In this document: piece by piece, positions 56,150 to 64,000 of the stretch | Numbering within the stretch: the first letter of the stretch is position 1 | How the letters are laid out: each line of letters opens with the position of its first letter | Assembly (NCBI GenBank): GCA_019057795.1 | Contig: JAHLWS010000074.1 | Location: 1 to 64,000 of the forward strand | DNA length: 64,000 nucleotides | DNA from: Promethearchaeota archaeon | GTDB lineage: Archaea; Asgardarchaeota; Lokiarchaeia; Sigyniarchaeales; SOKP01 | Direction of reading: 5' to 3' | Program-made: the position numbers and the translations under genes | The notes under the pieces: generated by a model | Seen by the model: the letters and a program-made list of their open reading frames with translations, nothing else | Databases searched by the model: none | What the model was told of the DNA's origin: nothing

Positions 56150-56232
56150 TTTTAATAAATCTTTATTATATTATGGAATGATATCTTAAAAAAAAGTTTG
56201 GTAAATAAAAAAAATTACTTTGATTAAAAAAT

Positions 56233-57267
56233 TTAAATAACAATTTTTGAAGCTTTGATCAAAGATTTTTCAGCGTTCTTTATGATGTTCTCCATAATAT
56301 CTTTAACGCTCTCAATAGAGTGAATAAGACCAATGCTTTGGCCTAATAAAACTGCACCATCATCTATATTTCCTTCATAAGTCATTTCGTAATGTTTTTG
56401 GTCTTCTAGAGCCTTTTGTGGGGTAAGCTCAGCTTCGAGCGCCATTTTTTCTTCTTTACTTGAAACGACACCATGGTGCATCGAATAATTATTTTTCCAA
56501 AGCCTTATAGGACCTAAAACGCCAGTAACCCATGTCGTATCGCTTGCTTTGCCAGAAGGTACGATATTTTTGTAGTTTTCGTGAAATTCACTCTCTTTTG
56601 AGGCAATAAATCTAGAACCCATAGCAACCCCTCCAGCCCCTAGGGTTAATGCTGCTGCTACACCCTCTCCAGTAGCAAAGCCACCACAGGCTATCAATGG
56701 GAAATCAGGATGCTTTTGTTTAACTTGCTGAAGAAGTACTAAAGTGCTTATTTTTTCATACGATTGATGCCCGCCCCCTTCCCAACCTGTAATTGCCATA
56801 CCATCGCATCCTGCAGCAACGCACTTATCAGATAACCATAGCGCAGGTGCCACATGAAAATGCTTAATATTTGACCCACCATCTTTAAGCTTTTTAAACG
56901 CATTATTGTGAATCATTTTAGGCGTTCCAGCGCTAGTGATTACGTAAAGACATTGATCTCTCAATTTGACGTTATCTCGAATGAACCGAGGAATTGCCCG
57001 ACAGAGCCCTGGTGCATCAATCTGCATTCTTGAAGTTCTTATATTAAAGCCAAAGGGCTTATCAGTATGCTCAATAACATATTTCATATTTTTCTTCATT
57101 TCAGATAAACTACTTTTTCCAAACAAATTAGTATGACTTAATACTCCTAATCCTCCCGCTTCTGAAACTGCTACTGTTAAGTCTGTAGTATAAAACGGAC
57201 CCATTGGAGCGGCTATAAGGGGATATTTAATCCCAAACATTTCTGTTATAATAGTCTTTAAACCCAC
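56233..57267 (-). CDS. Nitronate monooxygenase / FabK-like flavin oxidoreductase
   Basis: YPLIAAPMG, VSEAGGLG, TDKPFGFN, GWEGGGH, ACGGFATG, MGSRF, GQSIGLI. Confidence 0.9.
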   Translation of the reverse strand: MGLKTIITEMFGIKYPLIAAPMGPFYTTDLTVAVSEAGGLGVLSHTNLFGKSSLSEMKKNMKYVIEHTDKPFGFNIRTSRMQIDAPGLCRAIPRFIRDNVKLRDQCLYVITSAGTPKMIHNNAFKKLKDGGSNIKHFHVAPALWLSDKCVAAGCDGMAITGWEGGGHQSYEKISTLVLLQQVKQKHPDFPLIACGGFATGEGVAAALTLGAGGVAMGSRFIASKESEFHENYKNIVPSGKASDTTWVTGVLGPIRLWKNNYSMHHGVVSSKEEKMALEAELTPQKALEDQKHYEMTYEGNIDDGAVLLGQSIGLIHSIESVKDIMENIIKNAEKSLIKASKIVI

Positions 57268-57341
57268 TGTTTTTCCCTATTATTTAATTTATATTCTTGT
57301 TATTATTATGAAAGTATTATGAAAAGTATTAAATAATCTTT

Positions 57342-57530
57342 TTGATCCAAACCTCTGTAGGTTTTGGAATTACTCTATTCTCTATAAGTTTATTGCCTTC
57401 TTTTGTGCATATGGTAAGTTGGTCTTTAGGTTTTATGTTTTTAGCTTTAGGACCTTTAATAGGAATTTTATCTTTGTTCTTACTCCGCAAAGAACCTGAT
57501 TCTATAAAAATAGGTCAAGGTAAAAAATAA
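57342..57530 (+). pseudogene. C-terminal remnant of an MFS transporter
   Basis: QTSVGFGIT..W...F.FLALGP.IG..L..LR..P.S.KIG.GKK matches the last two TM helices of MFS permeases; the rest of the gene is absent. Confidence 0.6.
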
Positions 57531-57604
57531 GATATAGCTTCTAAAATATTAAATTCTATTATTTACTCTGTTAAATTAATGTATTTTAATGGTATAAATA
57601 GAAA

Positions 57605-58573
57605 TTGATGAAAATGAGTCCTAATATCATTTGTTTGGGAGAAATTTTAGTTGAAATTATGAGATCTGAAAAGGATACTCATCATGGAATAATTGGGGCT
57701 TCTTATAAGGGACCATTTCCAAGTGGAGCTCCTGCTATATTTATAGACTCGGCTTCTCGAATGTCTAAATCATTTAATTTATCTACAGGGTTTATTGGTG
57801 TTGTTGGAAACGATGAATTTGGAGAAGTAGTTCTTAAAAAATTAAAATCTGATGGGGTTGATATTTCTAAAATACGGATCGATAATTCAAAAACTACTGG
57901 AATAGCATTTAATCAATATAATTCAGATGGCACTCGAAAATTTATTTTTGCTGCTGGAGCGGCAGGCCAAACTTCTCCAGATGATATTGATGAGGAATAC
58001 TTTTCAAATATAAAATGCCTTCATATTATGGGTAGTGCTCTTTCTATAAGTGAATCATCAAGAGAAGCTTGCTATAAAGCGATTGAAATTGCTAAAAATC
58101 AGAATCCAAAAGTAGTTATCTCATTTGATCCAAATCTAAGACCGGAAATGCTTGAAATTAAGACAATTATTACTATCTCTAAACCTGTCCTTGAGAATAC
58201 GACTATATTACTACCAAGTGGTGAAGAAGCAAAAATGCTAGCTGGTATTAAAAGTGCTGAAAAAGCTTGTAAAAAATTGCTTAAAATGGGACCCAAATTA
58301 GTAGTCTTAAAACAAGGAAAAGATGGTTGTACCATATATTCTTCAGAAGAAACGAATGGAATAAAAATAGAAGGTTTTGAAGTAGAAGAAATTGATCCTA
58401 CTGGAGCAGGAGACTCATTTGATGGCGCCTTTATAGTTGGATATTTAGCAGGATGGAATTTAAAGATGATAGGTAAATTCGCTAACGCTGTTGGTGCCTT
58501 AAAAGTGAAATGTTTTGGACCAATGGCTAATAATTCATATGAAGAAGTATTGAAATTAATGGAAAGCGCTTAA
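57605..58573 (+). CDS. PfkB-family sugar kinase (KDG kinase-like)
   Basis: LGEILVE, SGAPA, GVVGNDEFG, FDPNLR, DPTGAGDSFDG. Confidence 0.92.
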   Translation: MMKMSPNIICLGEILVEIMRSEKDTHHGIIGASYKGPFPSGAPAIFIDSASRMSKSFNLSTGFIGVVGNDEFGEVVLKKLKSDGVDISKIRIDNSKTTGIAFNQYNSDGTRKFIFAAGAAGQTSPDDIDEEYFSNIKCLHIMGSALSISESSREACYKAIEIAKNQNPKVVISFDPNLRPEMLEIKTIITISKPVLENTTILLPSGEEAKMLAGIKSAEKACKKLLKMGPKLVVLKQGKDGCTIYSSEETNGIKIEGFEVEEIDPTGAGDSFDGAFIVGYLAGWNLKMIGKFANAVGALKVKCFGPMANNSYEEVLKLMESA

Positions 58574-58575
58574 AA

Positions 58576-60561
58576 TCATTTTAAATGTAATGAAAAGACC
58601 TTAGCTCTAACCATTTGATTATTTTTAATAATGTAATATCTAAAACCTGGTGGCTTAAATTTGAACTTTGCTGAAAGCGGGCCGAGTGCTTGTGTTTGAA
58701 ATACAAAGGGTTTATTTACGTCAAACCAAGCCTTTAGTTCAAAAGGATCTTTAATTTCTTTAAATTTATCTCGATACCGGGAAGTGTAAATTTCACAAGG
58801 TGCTTCGATATAAATTGGGAAAAACCAAAAACCAAAATTTATTCTATCGGTTTCTTTTGCTTCTTTTAATCTATACTCTTTTAAAGTATGTGTGTGGCCA
58901 CACATAATGAAATCTACTTTCCTCCTAATGACTTTATCTGATCCAGTAAAGATTCTCAAAAGCGTAGCCCAATTATACATTATTGTTTGATACTTTAGGT
59001 TTAAAACCATATCTAACCTTCCAGTATCATTGCATTTTCTTAAATTACTTTCGTAAAAATCTGACCAACTTAGCGGTCTACCTTTAATCTTTAATTTTTT
59101 TCTATATTTTCTCTTTTTAAGATAACTAAGATTGGGAGAAACTGGAGGTGTATGCATAACAACAATAATTTTCTCATTATGAGCCAATCTTATATATGCA
59201 CGTAATAAGTCAACTTGATATTCTTTAATTCCCTTGGTACTTGGTCCACCTTTTAACAAGTCATGCATATCTGCGAGTGAGTCCTGACCTGTATCAAGAA
59301 ATATGAAATTATATTGATCTCCTATTTTAAGCTTAAAATTAAGATTAGGGTTTATATACCGAAAATAATCTTTTAAAAATTTATCTTTAGATCGAAGGGC
59401 AGTAAAGTAATTAAAAAATTTGATGTCGTAATATCCTTTCACATCTGAATGCGTCAAACCAAATATTTTATGAATCTGGCCAAATTTAATGCCGTAGTGC
59501 GATTTACGATAATCGTGATTTCCAATAGTGGTAAAAACCGGAACCATAATTTCTTGTTTATTAACGAACTCCTGATCATTTCCTAAATAGGGAGGTTCTT
59601 TTAAACCCTTATTCAATCCAAGTAATATATCAATAAAAACATGAAAATTATTCTTGTAATGATAATTTCCTCTCGCGATGTTAAGATAATCTATTAAATC
59701 ACCCGTCATTAGAATGAAATCTAAATTTTTTTGCGAAACTTTATTATTGGCAAAATTAATTAATTTTCTCAGATTATAATTAAAATTATATTTTGCTGTT
59801 CTTAATTCCTCGTATCTATCATCTTGGAATTCTTCCTTGAGTTCAAAATCTCGCGTTAAGATAAATTGGTTTATTTTTGATTTCTTTTTTTCGTTACCGC
59901 TACAATTTTTTACTTTCGCTTCTACACTCTGCCTTAGATAATTTAAAATAAAGTCATTTCTCCTAGCAATATGAAAATCTGTAGCGTGAATAAAGCTAAA
60001 ATCTTTCCAATCTTTATCGTAAATAGCGATACTATGGTAATTAACTTTATTTTCGCTCAAGTTTGGGACATCATGAACGATATCAAACAATAAACAATCT
60101 CTTTTAGAAACTTTTAACAAATTTTCAATAATTTTAATATCTTGTATTTGAAACCTTACTCTGTAAAGCTCGCTTCTTTTTCCAAAAACATCGTCAAATT
60201 GAAAAACACAATTATTAATATCCCATACTACGCAATTTAACTCCTCTAAAACTGGCTGATCTCTAAAATCTAACTTTTTAATTTTTTCTATTTCAACCAT
60301 ATGTAAAGCTATTAGATCTCCTCGTCTTTCCGAAAAATCGCCGTTATCTTTTAAAATTGGTTGGATATAGATGTTCAAATGAAAGTGTTCTAAAATTTTT
60401 TTTGTTGAATGAGATGGAAATGCTATTACTAGAGCTTCGAACGACAAGTTCTTAAATGGAACTTGGTCTCGATTTTTGTAATCTCTTAAATTTAATAAAA
60501 TTGGATTTCCTAAATTTGGTTTAATAATAATTGGATAATTTCCAAGTTGTATATCAATCAT
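58576..60561 (-). CDS. Calcineurin-like metallophosphoesterase with a long N-terminal extension
   Basis: DFH, GDLID, GNHD, MHTPP and GHTH motifs. Confidence 0.85.
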   Translation of the reverse strand: MIDIQLGNYPIIIKPNLGNPILLNLRDYKNRDQVPFKNLSFEALVIAFPSHSTKKILEHFHLNIYIQPILKDNGDFSERRGDLIALHMVEIEKIKKLDFRDQPVLEELNCVVWDINNCVFQFDDVFGKRSELYRVRFQIQDIKIIENLLKVSKRDCLLFDIVHDVPNLSENKVNYHSIAIYDKDWKDFSFIHATDFHIARRNDFILNYLRQSVEAKVKNCSGNEKKKSKINQFILTRDFELKEEFQDDRYEELRTAKYNFNYNLRKLINFANNKVSQKNLDFILMTGDLIDYLNIARGNYHYKNNFHVFIDILLGLNKGLKEPPYLGNDQEFVNKQEIMVPVFTTIGNHDYRKSHYGIKFGQIHKIFGLTHSDVKGYYDIKFFNYFTALRSKDKFLKDYFRYINPNLNFKLKIGDQYNFIFLDTGQDSLADMHDLLKGGPSTKGIKEYQVDLLRAYIRLAHNEKIIVVMHTPPVSPNLSYLKKRKYRKKLKIKGRPLSWSDFYESNLRKCNDTGRLDMVLNLKYQTIMYNWATLLRIFTGSDKVIRRKVDFIMCGHTHTLKEYRLKEAKETDRINFGFWFFPIYIEAPCEIYTSRYRDKFKEIKDPFELKAWFDVNKPFVFQTQALGPLSAKFKFKPPGFRYYIIKNNQMVRAKVFSLHLK

Positions 60562-60683
60562 AGTTTAGTCGTAAAATATTAAGTGAAATTAACCTAATAA
60601 TTATTATTTGATTTCCTATATTAAAATTATATATTTACAGAATTTAATAATAATACATCGACTATTAAAGAAAGGATTTTAAA

Positions 60684-62153
60684 ATGGAAAGGTTATACCA
60701 ACCGGATTTTAGTTCTATTTTTGGAGCAAGATACGCAAACGCGTTTATCTACGGTCAAATAGACTCGCTAATTTGGCCAATTTTTAGTGATATCGGGCGC
60801 TCAGACGCTTTAAAAAAACTATTAGAACTTAAGAATAAGGATGGGCACAATTACTTCTATCACAGGCAAATTAGTTTAGAAGACGAAAAAGTAGAACTTT
60901 TTAGCTCAGATATAACATATGGATTAGTTCAAGCTATGAATTTACAAAGATCTTACGGTATTACTAATGAAGATGCAATCTCAGTAGTAAAAAAAGAACC
61001 AGATTTATTTAAAGCAATATTATCTTTTGATCTTAACAGTAATGTGATTTCAGAGATAAAAACTATCGAAAATCAAATTCCAGTTGTCGGTGTAGTTATT
61101 TATCCTTCTTTTATTAAATTAGATATTAATAACCCAAATAATCAAAACTTAAACGCCTTAATCAATTATTGCAAAGACAATGATTATTTCGTAAAAATTG
61201 ATATTGGAAATATGAATTTTCAAGAAAATCATCCAGAATACACTACATATGACAAAATAAAGGCGTTTTTATCAAATAATTCTGATATTATTATAATTTT
61301 GAGTGGGCTAGATTTTTCTGGAGATTTTATGTTATACTATCAACTTTTAAAGCTATACAATAACTTATGGATTGAAATCGAGCCACGATGTTTTGGAGGT
61401 ATGACACCAACTAGTTGTTTTAAACAAATTTTTTCGCTAAAAGGTTTTATTCAAAACACATGGCATAGAATTACAATAGGAAGCGCCACTCCAACCTTGG
61501 AAATTGCTCAAATGAAAAGAGGATTATTAGAAGCTACTGAAGTGTTAAATTTTTCTCATAAGCATATATTAAGGACATGGGCTTTTAGAAATGTAAACAG
61601 ATTAAATCTTATTAATTTTAAAAGTGAAATTGAACCTAATTTATTTAAACCAATTAAAGAAATCAATCAAATTAACAGAATTGAAAACAATAATGAATTG
61701 ATTATTGAATATAAATTAAAATTGAGAAGCTATGCGATAACTCAATTATTATTTTTAACTGATATTATAAAAGAAATCTTTAAAAGAAGTTTAGAAGAAA
61801 ATCCAGATTTAAAAAGTGGAGAATTATTCATTAGATCTTACCATACTACCACCAGTTTAATTATTAATGAACATGAATATGGGAATTATCTTGATTTACA
61901 TTACATGTTTGCTGAAATCTCTTCCAGAGACAGCGCCCCATTCCTGCATACCGTAAGAGCACTCGAAAATCGTGCGGATTTTAATCACTACGATCACGAA
62001 TTGGCAAGCACTTATGGAAGCCGACAATTGACATTACCAATAGTCGATGGAAGGTTGGAAATTGGCGGACGCGAAAACCTCTATATCTTAGTAACCTTTG
62101 GTCCAAGAACATTTCACATATATATTAAGATTAAATTGATTAAGGAAAAATAG
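60684..62153 (+). CDS. Fusion of a degenerate amidohydrolase-like TIM barrel and a YjbQ/UPF0047 domain
   Basis: C-terminal HTTTSLIINE..N...H..LPIVDGRLEIG..GPR is YjbQ-like. The N-terminal part shows amidohydrolase_2-like strands (GVVIYP, VKID.G, NLWIE, RITIGS) without the His metal ligands. Confidence 0.65.
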   Translation: MERLYQPDFSSIFGARYANAFIYGQIDSLIWPIFSDIGRSDALKKLLELKNKDGHNYFYHRQISLEDEKVELFSSDITYGLVQAMNLQRSYGITNEDAISVVKKEPDLFKAILSFDLNSNVISEIKTIENQIPVVGVVIYPSFIKLDINNPNNQNLNALINYCKDNDYFVKIDIGNMNFQENHPEYTTYDKIKAFLSNNSDIIIILSGLDFSGDFMLYYQLLKLYNNLWIEIEPRCFGGMTPTSCFKQIFSLKGFIQNTWHRITIGSATPTLEIAQMKRGLLEATEVLNFSHKHILRTWAFRNVNRLNLINFKSEIEPNLFKPIKEINQINRIENNNELIIEYKLKLRSYAITQLLFLTDIIKEIFKRSLEENPDLKSGELFIRSYHTTTSLIINEHEYGNYLDLHYMFAEISSRDSAPFLHTVRALENRADFNHYDHELASTYGSRQLTLPIVDGRLEIGGRENLYILVTFGPRTFHIYIKIKLIKEK

Positions 62154-62758
62154 ACATCATGCTTTCAAGTAGCTCTGCCATAGCAACTGAAAAAGGTCTA
62201 ACTAAAGATCAGCAAAGACTTATTTAGACTATAAAACATGCTATGAGATGGATTCAAAAAAAAAATCCAAAATATCATTCTAACCTAGAAAATTTATTAG
62301 GAAAAAATTATATACTCTATTTTAATGAAAAGCGAAATAAACGCGCAAATCCACCGAAAGTTGTTTGAAAATCGAGCTAAATATTCCCCCCATTTTGCTT
62401 TCATCGTAATTTATGCTAAATCTTAAGTGTTTTATAATAATTGGGGCAACATATTCTGAGTTTAACGATGAAAAAAATCAGAGAAAATTTATCTTTCTAA
62501 AGACACTAATATATAAATTTATTGCTCGAAATTTAGGCTATAGAGTAGTAAAATAAAATGAAGTCAAAAGTTTAAATAGGTGAAATAAGTATATTTTATA
62601 AAGAAATTAAGTTGAGCTAGAAAATGGTTATTTATTTATATCAACATTTATTTGAACAAAAAGTAATCAATTTTCTATATTTAAACAAAAATTAAATTTA
62701 ATTTCATATTCTAATTTTAATTATATGAAAATAAAAATTTTAAATTAAAAAATCTAGT

Positions 62759-64000
62759 ATGACTGACGAAATCAAAGAAGAACCGGAAAAAACAGAAGAT
62801 AAATCCGAAAAAGACATTGAAAAAGTTGATAAAGAGTATTTATCAAAAGCTAAAGATTCAAGAGATTTAATAGATAAAAAACTTAGAACTTTTGAAAATA
62901 GTATTGAAGATATTTCTGATACAATAAAAAATGGTGAAGCTGAACAGGATAAAAAAGAAATAGAAAAAAAAGATTATGAAGAGATTGACGAAGAAATTCG
63001 AGATGCGCAAGAAAAACTAGACTCAACTAAAAAAAAATTAGATGATAAGGAAGAGTATTTAACTGCAATTGAAGAAACTATTAAGGCACTTGAAGAGAGA
63101 TATAATCGAAAGAACGAAGAAATGAAAAATTTAGAAGACCGTTTAGAGATAATTACAGAGAGTAAAGATAATTTAGAGGAAGAATATAAAGAACTATTAA
63201 AAATTAACGAACAATTAGTCAAAACCTACGAAACTAGACAAGTAGATTTGATTGTTTTAACTGATAGTGTAAAAGAAAAAGTATCTAAACAAGAAGAACT
63301 ACGAACAATAACTTCAAAACTCAATCATGAAATTCGAGAAAAAGAAAACCTAATTAATAAACAAGAAGAAAATACTGAGGCTTTAAATAAAAAAATCAAA
63401 AGCCTAACAGCTGAAAACGAGACGCTAAAAGTTTCAATAGGAAAAAATAAATTTGAATTAGACCATACAAACAAAGAAATTGAAGTAAAAGGAGAAGAAA
63501 AAAAGTTATTATCAGAACAAATTGAGAAAAAAGAAATTCGAATTAAAACTATTGAACAAGAAATTCAGGATTATCGAGATGGATTTCCTGAGATGGAAAA
63601 ACAAAGAGAAACATATGAAGAACTTCTAGCGAAATATAAAATCCAGCTAACAGAAAAACAACAACTATTAATTGAGATAGAATCACGAATACAGCAATTA
63701 AATGATAATTTACAATCAATAGATGAGCAAATTACAAGTAAAGAGAGTTTGTTTAAGGCTAACGAAAAGAGATTAGAAGACATCAAACAAGATATTGAAA
63801 CTTCCAATCTTGAATATATTGAAAGAGAAGGGCGACTAAGCTCTCTTACAGAAAAAGTAGAATATTTGCAAATAGAACACGATAAACTTATTAAATCAAA
63901 AGAAGTAATAGACCAAAGTACAAATGATGCTAGGACTATCCTTCAAAAACTGAAGTTAGACCTCGAGACTCAAGAAGAAGAAATTAGAGATAAAGAAAGT
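62759..64000 (+). CDS. Long coiled-coil (E/K-rich) protein, 5' part; runs off the window edge
   Basis: Frame from ATG 62759 (MTDEIKEEPEKTED...) has no stop seen to the window edge (414 codons), with heptad E/K/L/I-rich composition and no Walker A motif. Confidence 0.8.
   Translation, partial: MTDEIKEEPEKTEDKSEKDIEKVDKEYLSKAKDSRDLIDKKLRTFENSIEDISDTIKNGEAEQDKKEIEKKDYEEIDEEIRDAQEKLDSTKKKLDDKEEYLTAIEETIKALEERYNRKNEEMKNLEDRLEIITESKDNLEEEYKELLKINEQLVKTYETRQVDLIVLTDSVKEKVSKQEELRTITSKLNHEIREKENLINKQEENTEALNKKIKSLTAENETLKVSIGKNKFELDHTNKEIEVKGEEKKLLSEQIEKKEIRIKTIEQEIQDYRDGFPEMEKQRETYEELLAKYKIQLTEKQQLLIEIESRIQQLNDNLQSIDEQITSKESLFKANEKRLEDIKQDIETSNLEYIEREGRLSSLTEKVEYLQIEHDKLIKSKEVIDQSTNDARTILQKLKLDLETQEEEIRDKES

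Noticed and set aside
62157-62290. Short interrupted frame (MLSSSSAIATEKGLTKDQQRLI*TIKHAMRW) as a pseudogene
   Set aside because: Too short, and no family recognisable
49212-63807. Small antisense or out-of-frame ORFs in the right part (49212, 50672, 51553, 52022, 52958, 54094, 55492, 58099, 62974, 63571)
   Set aside because: They overlap well-supported genes on the opposite strand or in another frame
1-64000. tRNA/rRNA genes, integrase, transposase, reverse transcriptase (DGR) or capsid genes
   Set aside because: None recognised by eye; intergenic regions are too AT-rich for structured RNA genes. tRNAscan/Infernal and HMM searches were not run.

Overview
Low-GC archaeal DNA, most consistent with an Asgard archaeon (Lokiarchaeia/Promethearchaeota). 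The assignment is inferred from GGTGA/GGAG ribosome-binding motifs, TATA boxes, oligo-T terminators, an IPGY-type C-terminal sorting signal and the gene content. The window has two parts. (1) About 0.7-49.4 kb is a CpG-rich accessory island. It starts with small regulatory or maintenance genes: a ParB-associated GGDRKS-HTH/Zn-finger protein, a 10-bp-phased GTMKAC repeat array, an RNase III-domain protein and divergent winged-helix regulators. Next come a sorted surface protein and a single uninterrupted 41.3-kb gene (13,767 aa), followed directly by an LRR protein gene. The giant protein has about 5 N-terminal TM helices and a very large acidic beta-rich extracellular part (LamG, Ig-like, FG-GAP-like, DNRLRE-like and DxDxDG modules). 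One stretch is built as nested split domains whose halves occur in mirror order. It ends in Gly/Ala-rich hydrophobic helices, a GIY-YIG nuclease-like domain and HTH repeats. Best reading: a candidate archaeal contact-dependent polymorphic toxin/immunity system on a mobile island. No integrase or att pair is visible in the window. (2) From about 49.5 kb, beyond a scarred junction (truncated GH20-like gene, exact 23-bp duplication), is ordinary CpG-poorer host chromosome: PAS histidine kinase, ECF S component, threonine synthase-like/wHTH fusion, ZIP transporter plus DtxR, flavin reductase, nitronate monooxygenase/FabK-like enzyme, PfkB kinase, metallophosphoesterase, amidohydrolase-YjbQ fusion and a long coiled-coil protein. 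All domain calls are by-eye motif recognition; no database searches were run.
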